DNA from: Candidatus Omnitrophota bacterium | Lineage (GTDB): Bacteria > Omnitrophota > Gorgyraeia > Gygaellales > Profunditerraquicolaceae | Length of the DNA stretch: 64,000 nucleotides | Assembly (NCBI GenBank): GCA_003598025.1 | Contig: QZKH01000002.1 | Location: 74,133-138,132 of the forward strand | Reading direction: 5' to 3' | Made by a program: the position numbers and the translations under genes | The notes under the pieces: generated by a model | The model's database searches: none | What the model was told of the DNA's origin: nothing | What the model saw: the letters and a program-made list of their open reading frames with translations, nothing else | Shown: positions 57,337 to 64,000 of the stretch, in pieces | How positions within the stretch are numbered: position 1 is the stretch's first letter | Layout of the letters: every line of letters begins with the position of its first letter

Positions 57337-58056
57337 ATGGCTAAGAGAATCAGTTTGTTAAATAAATCCATACTTCTAAGCATTATTATGCTATTAGTTG
57401 TTACTGTCATTTCTTTTGCTAAAGATCAGTCTGGGCTTAAAAAGGAGATCTATTCAAAATTAAAGTGTTGTAATTGCGCTGTATCTTTTGAAAAGTGCAC
57501 TTGCGCTGAGGCTAATGAAATAAAACCATATGCAGACAAGCTTATTGCGGATGGATTTAGGCCAGAAGAGATTTTTTATAGGTTAGCTAAACGTTTCTCG
57601 TTGAAGATAATTACTGACCCTCAAATAAAACAACAGGTTGAAAAAAGGCTGATTAAAGAAATGAAAGGTATGTCCCCCAAGATAGCTGTCGAAAATGGGA
57701 CAGTTAATTTAGGGGCTATCAGTAAAAAGAAAAATAAACTTTATAAAAGCAGCTACAAGCTGGTCAATGAAGGCAATGCTGCTTTAAGAATCTCAAACAT
57801 AAAGACATCATGTCCTTGCGTAAGTGTTGCGCTTAAATCAAGAGATTCAGTCACTCCCTATTTTGGAGTGGGGGGTTCAGCAGTAGACTTAGGTGTAACC
57901 ATTGAGCCGGGAAGCTCTGCAGATTTGATGATAATATTTGATTTGACACATCCGAGCGTAAGCAGGGGCAAGCTCATAAGATATATTTTTATAAACAGTA
58001 ACGACCCTTTAACTCCTCAGTTTGAATTGGAATTAACCGCAGATATAATCAAATAG
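57337..58056 (+). CDS. Membrane-anchored protein with a Cys-rich CcmH-like N-domain and a C-terminal DUF1573 domain
   Basis: KCCNCAVSFEKCTC + ADKLIADGFRPEEIFYRLAKRF resembles the CcmH thiol-motif and helix. The C-terminal YKLVNEGNAALRISNIKTSCPCV matches the DUF1573 hallmark (tSCGCT). Confidence 0.4.
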   Translation: MAKRISLLNKSILLSIIMLLVVTVISFAKDQSGLKKEIYSKLKCCNCAVSFEKCTCAEANEIKPYADKLIADGFRPEEIFYRLAKRFSLKIITDPQIKQQVEKRLIKEMKGMSPKIAVENGTVNLGAISKKKNKLYKSSYKLVNEGNAALRISNIKTSCPCVSVALKSRDSVTPYFGVGGSAVDLGVTIEPGSSADLMIIFDLTHPSVSRGKLIRYIFINSNDPLTPQFELELTADIIK

Positions 58057-58121
58057 TATATTTGTTAAAGCATAGCCTATTTAAAAACAAAATAGGACCG
58101 TAAAAAAGATAAATTTTTTTC

Positions 58122-58150
58122 TTGACAAATGATACCATTATGGTATCATT
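58122..58150 (+). promoter_or_regulatory. Promoter (-35 TTGACA at 58122-58127) followed by a perfect 10-3-10 palindrome AATGATACCA-TTA-TGGTATCATT (58128-58150); candidate Rrf2/NsrR-family operator
   Basis: Perfect inverted repeat, positioned between the -35 and a TATCAT -10-like hexamer. The Rrf2-hcp operon is downstream. Confidence 0.6.
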
Positions 58151-58169
58151 TAACGAGAAAGGAGGTAAT

Positions 58170-58247
58170 ATGGATATAACTATCAGGTATATGCTTCGGC
58201 CGGTAGCTCACTGCAAAGAAGGTTGTAGTATTTTGTCCTGGGTATGA
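58170..58247 (+). CDS. Possible 25-aa leader peptide (MDITIRYMLRPVAHCKEGCSILSWV) with a strong RBS
   Basis: AAAGGAGGT lies 6 nt upstream of the ATG at 58170. Sits between the operator/promoter and rrf2. Two hairpins follow (CCGGC...GCCGG at about 58261-58282; CACTC...GAGTG at about 58287-58307). Confidence 0.3.
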   Translation: MDITIRYMLRPVAHCKEGCSILSWV

Positions 58248-58341
58248 CGTTAAATCGCCCGGCTCGCATTTGCCTGCCGGATGACACTCGGGATCAATCT
58301 GAGTGCTGCCCATTTAACCCCTGATAAATAAAAAGGAAAAT

Positions 58342-58737
58342 ATGAAATTATTAACCAGAGATACGGATTATGCGGTAAGGGCGCTTTGTTTTATAGCAAG
58401 AATGGATAATAAAGTTGTTCCTGTTCCGGAATTAGTCAGGGAGCTTGATGTCCCCAGGCCATTTTTGAGGAAGATCCTGCAGATACTGCACAAAAAGGGT
58501 ATTTTGTATTCTTTTAAAGGTAAAGGAGGCGGATTCTCTTTGGCAAAACCTCCAGATAAGATATTAATTACCGATTTAATAAAGATATTTCAGAATTCTC
58601 TTAAATTAAATGAGTGCATACTGAAAAAAAGAATATGCCCTAATAAGGGCGCCTGTTCTCTAAGGCGTAAGATCGATGGTATTGAAAAGATTGTTGCTAA
58701 GGAGCTAAGTTCTATAACTGTAAAGTCATTAATCTAG
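58342..58737 (+). CDS. Rrf2-family transcriptional regulator (NsrR/IscR-like)
   Basis: TRDTDYAVRALCFIA...VPVPELVRELDVPRPFLRKILQILHKKGIL wHTH, plus the three-Cys cluster region (C...CPNKGAC). Confidence 0.85.
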   Translation: MKLLTRDTDYAVRALCFIARMDNKVVPVPELVRELDVPRPFLRKILQILHKKGILYSFKGKGGGFSLAKPPDKILITDLIKIFQNSLKLNECILKKRICPNKGACSLRRKIDGIEKIVAKELSSITVKSLI

Positions 58738-58752
58738 AAAAGGAGTTAAGAA

Positions 58753-60432
58753 ATGAGTAATAAAATGTTTTGCTATCAATGTGAGGAGACTGTAAACGGC
58801 AAAGGATGCACAATCGAAGGCATCTGCGGGAAAACCCATGTAGTAGCTAATTTACAGGACCTTCTTATTTATCTTGCTAAAGGTATATCTGTATATGCAA
58901 ATAAGGCAAGGGAATTAGGCGTAAACAATGCAGAGGTAGACTTATTTGTAATTGAATCGCTGTTTTCGACTGTCACAAACGTTAATTTTGACCAAGATAG
59001 AATGATTGAATTGATAAAAAAAGCGTTCTATTACAGGGATGATATAAAGAATATGTTTTTCGGGGCATATAAAGCTAAGAACGCAAACAAAGGCTTTGAA
59101 GGGAAGCTCCCGGATGCTTGTATCTGGCATTGGGATGGCAGCGTAGACAGCCTTTACACAAAGGCAATAAGCGTAAGTATATTATCTGAGGCCAATGAAG
59201 ATATACGTTCATTAAGAGAATTATTAGTTTACGGGCTTAAAGGGATAGCTGCATATGCAGACCATGCATATATATTAGGTAAAGAAGATAACGATATACT
59301 GGCTTTTGTCGAAGAGGGGCTTGCTGCTACGCTTGATAATACCTTAGGGGCCCAGGAGCTAGTCGGCTTAGTTATGAAAGCCGGTGAATATGCAGTTAAA
59401 ACAATGGCACTTTTAGATAACGCTAATACGTCTGCCTATGGTAATCCTGAAATAACCCAGGTATTTACCGGCACTAAAGAAGGCCCGGCGATACTTGTTA
59501 GCGGACATGATCTGTTGGATTTGGAAGAGATACTTAAACAGACGCAAGGAACCGGTATAAATGTTTATACTCATGGTGAGATGTTGCCTGCAAATGCATA
59601 TCCGAAATTAAAGAAGTATAGCAATCTTGTAGGTAATTACGGTACTTCCTGGTATAACCAGCAAAAAGAATTCGAGGCATTTAACGGGGCTATAGTAATG
59701 ACTACCAATTGCCTCCAGAGGCCAAAAGATTCTTACAGAGACAGGATGTTTACCACAGGCTTAGTCGCATGGCCGCAAGTCCAGCATATTAAGGACAGGG
59801 TAGGCAGCGCTCAAAAAGATTTTTCTGCTGTAATTGAGAAGGCGCTTGCCCTGGGTGGCCTTGAAGAAACCCCAGGTAAATATATTACAATCGGTTTTGC
59901 CCACGTATCTGCTATCAAAGTCGCAGCAAAGATAGTAGATGCTGTTAAATCAGGGAGTATAAAGAGATTTGTGGTAATGGCTGGTTGTGACGGAAGGCAC
60001 AAGGAGAGGAATTATTTCAGTGAGGTAGCAAGGCAACTTCCGGAAGATGCGGTGATATTGACCGCAGGATGCGCCAAATACAGATATAATATGCTGGATC
60101 TCGGAGATATAGGGGGAATACCCAGAGTTATAGACGCCGGCCAGTGCAATGATTCCTATTCTCTGGTTGTGATCGCCCAGGAGCTGGCAAAGGTATTCAA
60201 AGTTAAAGATATAAATGAACTGCCGGTTTCGTTTGATATAGCATGGTATGAACAAAAGGCAGTATGCGTGCTTTTAGCTTTGTTATATCTTGGAGTAAAA
60301 AATATAAGGCTGGGACCGAACCTGCCAGCTTTCATTTCTCCTGCTGTTTTAAAGGTGCTGGTTGAGAAATTCGATATTAAGCCCATCAGTACTCCGGAAA
60401 AAGATATAGAAGCTATGCTGGCGGCTAAATAA
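58753..60432 (+). CDS. hcp: Hybrid-cluster protein / hydroxylamine reductase
   Basis: N-terminal MFCYQCEETVNGKGCTIEGICGK cubane-cluster motif. 559 aa with the conserved hybrid-cluster ligands. Confidence 0.9.
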   Translation: MSNKMFCYQCEETVNGKGCTIEGICGKTHVVANLQDLLIYLAKGISVYANKARELGVNNAEVDLFVIESLFSTVTNVNFDQDRMIELIKKAFYYRDDIKNMFFGAYKAKNANKGFEGKLPDACIWHWDGSVDSLYTKAISVSILSEANEDIRSLRELLVYGLKGIAAYADHAYILGKEDNDILAFVEEGLAATLDNTLGAQELVGLVMKAGEYAVKTMALLDNANTSAYGNPEITQVFTGTKEGPAILVSGHDLLDLEEILKQTQGTGINVYTHGEMLPANAYPKLKKYSNLVGNYGTSWYNQQKEFEAFNGAIVMTTNCLQRPKDSYRDRMFTTGLVAWPQVQHIKDRVGSAQKDFSAVIEKALALGGLEETPGKYITIGFAHVSAIKVAAKIVDAVKSGSIKRFVVMAGCDGRHKERNYFSEVARQLPEDAVILTAGCAKYRYNMLDLGDIGGIPRVIDAGQCNDSYSLVVIAQELAKVFKVKDINELPVSFDIAWYEQKAVCVLLALLYLGVKNIRLGPNLPAFISPAVLKVLVEKFDIKPISTPEKDIEAMLAAK

Positions 60433-60447
60433 AATACGGGGGAAACT

Positions 60448-61284
60448 ATGCAGAAAAGGAAAATAATAAAAATTGATGAAAATAAATGTACTGGGTGCGG
60501 CCTGTGCATACCGAATTGCCCTGAGGGCGCTATACAGATAATTGATGGTAAGGCGCGCCTCATAAGCGATTTGTTTTGTGACGGTTTAGGCGCATGTATC
60601 GGCCATTGCCCCGAGGGAGCTATAACTATAGAGGAGAGGGAAGCCCAGGCCTACGACGAGGATAAAGTGATGGAAAATATCGTAAAGCAAGGCCCGAATG
60701 TAATAAAAGCCCACCTCCATCATTTAAAAGCTCATGGCGAGGTAAATTATTATAACCAGGCTTTGGCTTTCTTGAAGGAACACAACATCAATATCCCTGT
60801 AGATAAGAAATGCGGCCCCGCTGGCCACGGGCCATCTGGTTGTCCTGGCTCAAGGATGATGGATTTGCGCAAAAAGAAAAAAACAGAACACGATGTAAGC
60901 TCTGCGGCAAAGCAGGAGTCTGAACTTGGCCAGTGGCCGGTGCAGCTTATGCTTGTGCCCAGCTATGCGCCTTATTTGAATAATTGCGATCTTCTGATAG
61001 CTGCCGATTGCGTTCCTTTTGCTTATGCTGATTTTCATCGCGACCTTTTGAAAGGCAAAACTTTGCTCGTGGGCTGCCCCAAACTTGACGATGTTTCAAT
61101 ATATCAGAATAAACTGGAACAGGTTTTTGCCAATAACGATATAAAATCAGTTACTTATGCCCATATGGAAGTGCCTTGCTGTTTTGGTTTGGTTAATATA
61201 ATACAATCGGCGATAGAGAAATCAGGTAAAGCAATACCTTTTAAAGAAGCTGTCATAAGTATAAGCGGAGAGAGGCTAAGATGA
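60448..61284 (+). CDS. 4Fe-4S dicluster ferredoxin-domain protein with a C-terminal Cys-containing extension
   Basis: CTGCGLCIPNCPEG and CDGLGACIGHCPEG ferredoxin motifs. ~170-aa C-terminal domain of unassigned family. Confidence 0.6.
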   Translation: MQKRKIIKIDENKCTGCGLCIPNCPEGAIQIIDGKARLISDLFCDGLGACIGHCPEGAITIEEREAQAYDEDKVMENIVKQGPNVIKAHLHHLKAHGEVNYYNQALAFLKEHNINIPVDKKCGPAGHGPSGCPGSRMMDLRKKKKTEHDVSSAAKQESELGQWPVQLMLVPSYAPYLNNCDLLIAADCVPFAYADFHRDLLKGKTLLVGCPKLDDVSIYQNKLEQVFANNDIKSVTYAHMEVPCCFGLVNIIQSAIEKSGKAIPFKEAVISISGERLR

Positions 61285-62024
61285 TGCTTGGGTGTCCTGG
61301 TTCAGGGCCGTTCAAGCAGCCAAAGCCCGAAGACCTAAAGTGTTCCAGGTGTAATGCTGAAATTGAGATCTGGAGCGATGAAGCCAAGGCTAAATGCCCG
61401 TCTTGCGGAAATATTGTATTACGCAAATTTTCCGGAAACACATGCCTTGACTGGTGTAAAGAAGCCCGTTTCTGCGTCGGAGATAAAGTTTATAAAAATT
61501 ATATTCAGGGCAAGGCAGCATCCTTAAAACAGGGGATAGTCGAAGAGATGGAGCGTTATTTCGGAGATGATACAAAGAGGATAAGGCACGCAAGGAATGT
61601 TATGGGATTTGCTGAAATGATCCTCAAGGAACATAAAGCAGATTGGCATATCGTTATACCCGCTAGCCTATTGCATGATATAGGGATTAAGCGGGCTCAG
61701 GAGAAATACGGCTCAACCTCGGGGCATTACCAGGAGATAGAAGGGCCTGCAATCGCAGAGGCCATACTTAATAAATTGGGGGTCAAAAAAAGCGATATTG
61801 ATGAAATTTGCCAGATTATTGCACATCATCATTCCCCGGGCATAGTTAATACTGAGAATTTTAAAGTCTTATATGATGCTGATTGGCTGGTAAATTTAAA
61901 AGACGAGTATGATATTAAAGACAGGCAAAAACTGATCCGGATTATCGATAGGGTATTTCTGACGGAAACAGGCAAAAGGTTAGCCAACGATACTTACGTT
62001 AACTTAAAAAGGAGTAATCTATGA
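61281..62024 (+). CDS. HD-domain phosphohydrolase with an N-terminal zinc-ribbon
   Basis: CSRCNAE...CPSCGN zinc ribbon. HD motif H...HD ([13 protein letters not shown]...LLHDIG) and downstream AHHHS. Confidence 0.7.
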   Translation: MMLGCPGSGPFKQPKPEDLKCSRCNAEIEIWSDEAKAKCPSCGNIVLRKFSGNTCLDWCKEARFCVGDKVYKNYIQGKAASLKQGIVEEMERYFGDDTKRIRHARNVMGFAEMILKEHKADWHIVIPASLLHDIGIKRAQEKYGSTSGHYQEIEGPAIAEAILNKLGVKKSDIDEICQIIAHHHSPGIVNTENFKVLYDADWLVNLKDEYDIKDRQKLIRIIDRVFLTETGKRLANDTYVNLKRSNL

Positions 62025-62242
62025 AAGAAAAAGTTTTAGATGTTTTGACAAAAATCCGGCCTATGCTTCAGGCTGACGGAGGGGATGTGGAGTTGGTTGA
62101 GGTTACGCCGGAAAATGTCGTTAAGGTCAGGCTTAAAGGTGCATGCGGAAGCTGTCCCATGAGCCAGATGACTTTAAAAATGGGGGTTGAGAGGCTGTTA
62201 AAAAAGGAAATCCCTGAGATTAAAGAAGTAGTGGCGGTATAG
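62021..62242 (+). CDS. NifU C-terminal-domain (Nfu-type) Fe-S cluster carrier protein
   Basis: [11 protein letters not shown]...[13 protein letters not shown] CxxC motif of the Nfu domain. 73 aa. Confidence 0.75.
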   Translation: MKEKVLDVLTKIRPMLQADGGDVELVEVTPENVVKVRLKGACGSCPMSQMTLKMGVERLLKKEIPEIKEVVAV

Positions 62243-62303
62243 TAAATTTATCCCAGGCGGTTAGTTAGCCGTATTAAATAAATAGTGTTTTTAAATAACC
62301 TTC

Positions 62304-62345
62304 CATGAACCACGAACTATGAACTATGAACTATGAACTATGAAC
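62304..62345. repeat. Heptad array (CATGAAC CACGAAC TATGAACx4), six units, 17 nt upstream of a TTGACT-16-TATAAT promoter
   Basis: Longest array in the window. -35 at 62362-62367, -10 at 62384-62389. Confidence 0.85.
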
Positions 62346-62414
62346 TAATATGCTATACCCTTTGACTATTATCAGCCCGCTGTTATAATGGGACAGGATA
62401 GGCGGAGGTGTAAT

Positions 62415-63602
62415 ATGAAGACAGAGATAGCAAAGAATATTTATTCGGTAGGGGTGCTTGATTGGAATATGCGTTCTTTTCACGGGCACACTTATTCAAC
62501 AAGCAGGGGCACGACTTATAATTCTTATCTTATAATCGATGATAAAGTTACCCTTGTAGACGGGGTCTTAGGTTCATTTTCAGGGGAACTGATTAATAAC
62601 ATAAGCGAGATTGTTTCGCCTGAGAAAATAGACTACATTATTGTAAATCACCTTGAAGCTGACCATACGGGGGCATTACCCGAGGTGATTAAGATTTGTC
62701 CTAACGCAAGAATATTTTGCTCCCAGAAATGTAAAGAAGGATTATATAAGCATTATTATGAAAATTGGAATTTTAATGTCGTAAAAACCGGGGATATCCT
62801 TAAGCTGGGAGAAAAAACACTGTCTTTTATCGAGGCCCCCATGATCCATTGGCCGGATAGCATGTTTACATATTGCCGGCAGGACGCCCTGCTTATGCCT
62901 AACGATGCATTCGGACAGCACTATGCAACCAGCCAAAGATTTGATGATCAGGTTGACCAATGCGAACTTATGGATGAAGCTGTAAAATATTACTCAAATA
63001 TTCTTTGGCCGTTGAGTGCAATAATCTCCAAGAAAATAGAGGAGATTGAGAAAATGGATATCCCGATTAAGACAATTGCTCCTAGCCACGGGATAGTATG
63101 GCGTAGGGACCCAGCCAAAATAATAAATGCTTATAAAAAATGGTCTAAAAATGAATCAGAGCCCAAGGTTGTAATCATCTATGAGACTATGTGGGGCTCA
63201 ACTGAGAAAATGGCAAGGGCCATATCGCAGGGGCTTATGGATTCAGGTGTTAAGGTCAAGATTTTCGATGTTGCAGTCTCTGACAGGACGGAGATGACAA
63301 AAGAAATGATGGAGAGCCGGGGCTATTTGTTTGGTTCTTCCACGCATGATAATGATATGCTCCCGACAATGGCGGGATTCATGGAATTCGTAAAGGGCCT
63401 GAAGCCTAAGAACAGGCTGGTTTCAGTTTTTGGTTCTTATGGCTGGGCAGGAGGCGCGGTAAAAGAGATTGAAGGAGTTATAAAAGAGACAGGCCTGAAT
63501 ATAAACCAACCTTCTTTATCAATCCAATATGTACCTGATAACAAGGCTTTAAAAGACTGCTACAATTTTGGCGTAAATTTCAGCAAGCTGGTCAAGTTTT
63601 AA
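62415..63602 (+). CDS. Flavodiiron protein (A-type flavoprotein; NO/O2 reductase)
   Basis: Metallo-beta-lactamase-like diiron motif NHLEADHTGALP plus a C-terminal flavodoxin domain (IIYETMWGSTEKMARAISQGL). Start set to 62415 (GGAGGTG RBS) rather than 62388. Confidence 0.85.
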   Translation: MKTEIAKNIYSVGVLDWNMRSFHGHTYSTSRGTTYNSYLIIDDKVTLVDGVLGSFSGELINNISEIVSPEKIDYIIVNHLEADHTGALPEVIKICPNARIFCSQKCKEGLYKHYYENWNFNVVKTGDILKLGEKTLSFIEAPMIHWPDSMFTYCRQDALLMPNDAFGQHYATSQRFDDQVDQCELMDEAVKYYSNILWPLSAIISKKIEEIEKMDIPIKTIAPSHGIVWRRDPAKIINAYKKWSKNESEPKVVIIYETMWGSTEKMARAISQGLMDSGVKVKIFDVAVSDRTEMTKEMMESRGYLFGSSTHDNDMLPTMAGFMEFVKGLKPKNRLVSVFGSYGWAGGAVKEIEGVIKETGLNINQPSLSIQYVPDNKALKDCYNFGVNFSKLVKF

Positions 63603-63606
63603 GATT

Positions 63607-64000
63607 ATGAGTTTAGAACATACACATCATAACCGGATTGTAAAGATATCCCGCCTGAGGCTGGCGATAGCATTTACCGGACTGGGCATGGTCATTGAAA
63701 TTATCGGTGGTTTCATGTCCAATAGCCTTGCCCTTATTTCCGATGCCGGGCATATGCTTACCCATATGTTTGCTTTGGGGATGAGTTATTTCGCTCTGCT
63801 TTTATCCGGCCGGCCGGCTACTAAAAAACGTACTTATGGCTATTACAGGGCAGAGGTCTTAGCTGCATTTATAAACGGCATAGTCTTGATCCTGATATCG
63901 TTTTATCTTATTTACGAAGCCATCCTAAGGTTTATTTCTCCCGAACCAATAAAAATATCTGAAATGCTTCTGGTCGCCGTTATAGGTCTGGCAATCAACG
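63607..64000 (+). CDS. Cation diffusion facilitator (CzcD-like) transporter, 5' portion; 3' end lies outside the window
   Basis: ATG at 63607. ISDAGHMLTHMFALGMSY and TYGYYRAEVLAAFINGIVL match the CDF TM2/TM3 signature. No stop before the window end. Confidence 0.7.
   Translation, partial: MSLEHTHHNRIVKISRLRLAIAFTGLGMVIEIIGGFMSNSLALISDAGHMLTHMFALGMSYFALLLSGRPATKKRTYGYYRAEVLAAFINGIVLILISFYLIYEAILRFISPEPIKISEMLLVAVIGLAIN

Noticed and set aside
60448-61284. Calling the ferredoxin-domain protein the Hcp reductase Hcr
   Set aside because: E. coli Hcr is an FNR-family flavin/[2Fe-2S] protein. This protein is a 2x[4Fe-4S] ferredoxin with an unrelated C-terminal domain. The functional analogy is only a hypothesis and it is not an ortholog.

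Overview
This 64-kb window comes from a low-GC, gene-dense bacterial chromosome. Almost all genes are on the + strand, and many overlap by ATGA or 4-20 nt. LptE-like, BamD-like, Lnt, LpxL-like, TolC-like and CusCBA genes point to a diderm (Gram-negative-type) organism. Hcp, a flavodiiron protein, Nfu and several radical-SAM enzymes point to an anaerobe, possibly from an uncultivated lineage. Housekeeping genes present: rlmN, nfo, leuS, rpsT, murJ, prfB with its programmed +1 frameshift, secA, lnt, and two minus-strand tRNAs (Leu-CAA, Ala-GGC). Accessory content: (i) a nucleoside-phosphorylase / MtnA-like isomerase / class-II-aldolase-SCP2 fusion / aldehyde dehydrogenase / acyl-CoA ligase cluster, which looks like a variant 5'-deoxyadenosine or methylthioadenosine (MTA) 'DHAP-shunt' salvage route that ends in a CoA thioester; (ii) a pseudopilin/minor-pilin cluster plus PilT and PilZ; (iii) a ComEA-ComEC pair; (iv) a metal-homeostasis island (ZIP, Fur/Zur with an operator, split FeoB, DtxR-FeoA, CsoR, CusCBA, a YHS protein); (v) an Rrf2-Hcp-ferredoxin-HD-Nfu-flavodiiron nitrosative-stress cluster with a perfect palindromic operator; (vi) a ThiI-like PP-loop ATPase paired with an AmmeMemoRadiSam-type radical SAM enzyme, without the usual AMMECR1/Memo partners. 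The most striking non-coding signal is a dispersed family of (TATGAAC)n heptad arrays lying immediately upstream of the -35 box of at least six sigma70-like promoters. Two of these sites are inverted pairs serving divergent promoters. I propose these as binding sites of an unidentified transcription factor that defines a regulon. A related 7-nt array (CAGTCCA x4) lies inside leuS. The tRNA region also holds a recent 89-bp tandem duplication and a tRNA-Ala 5' fragment.
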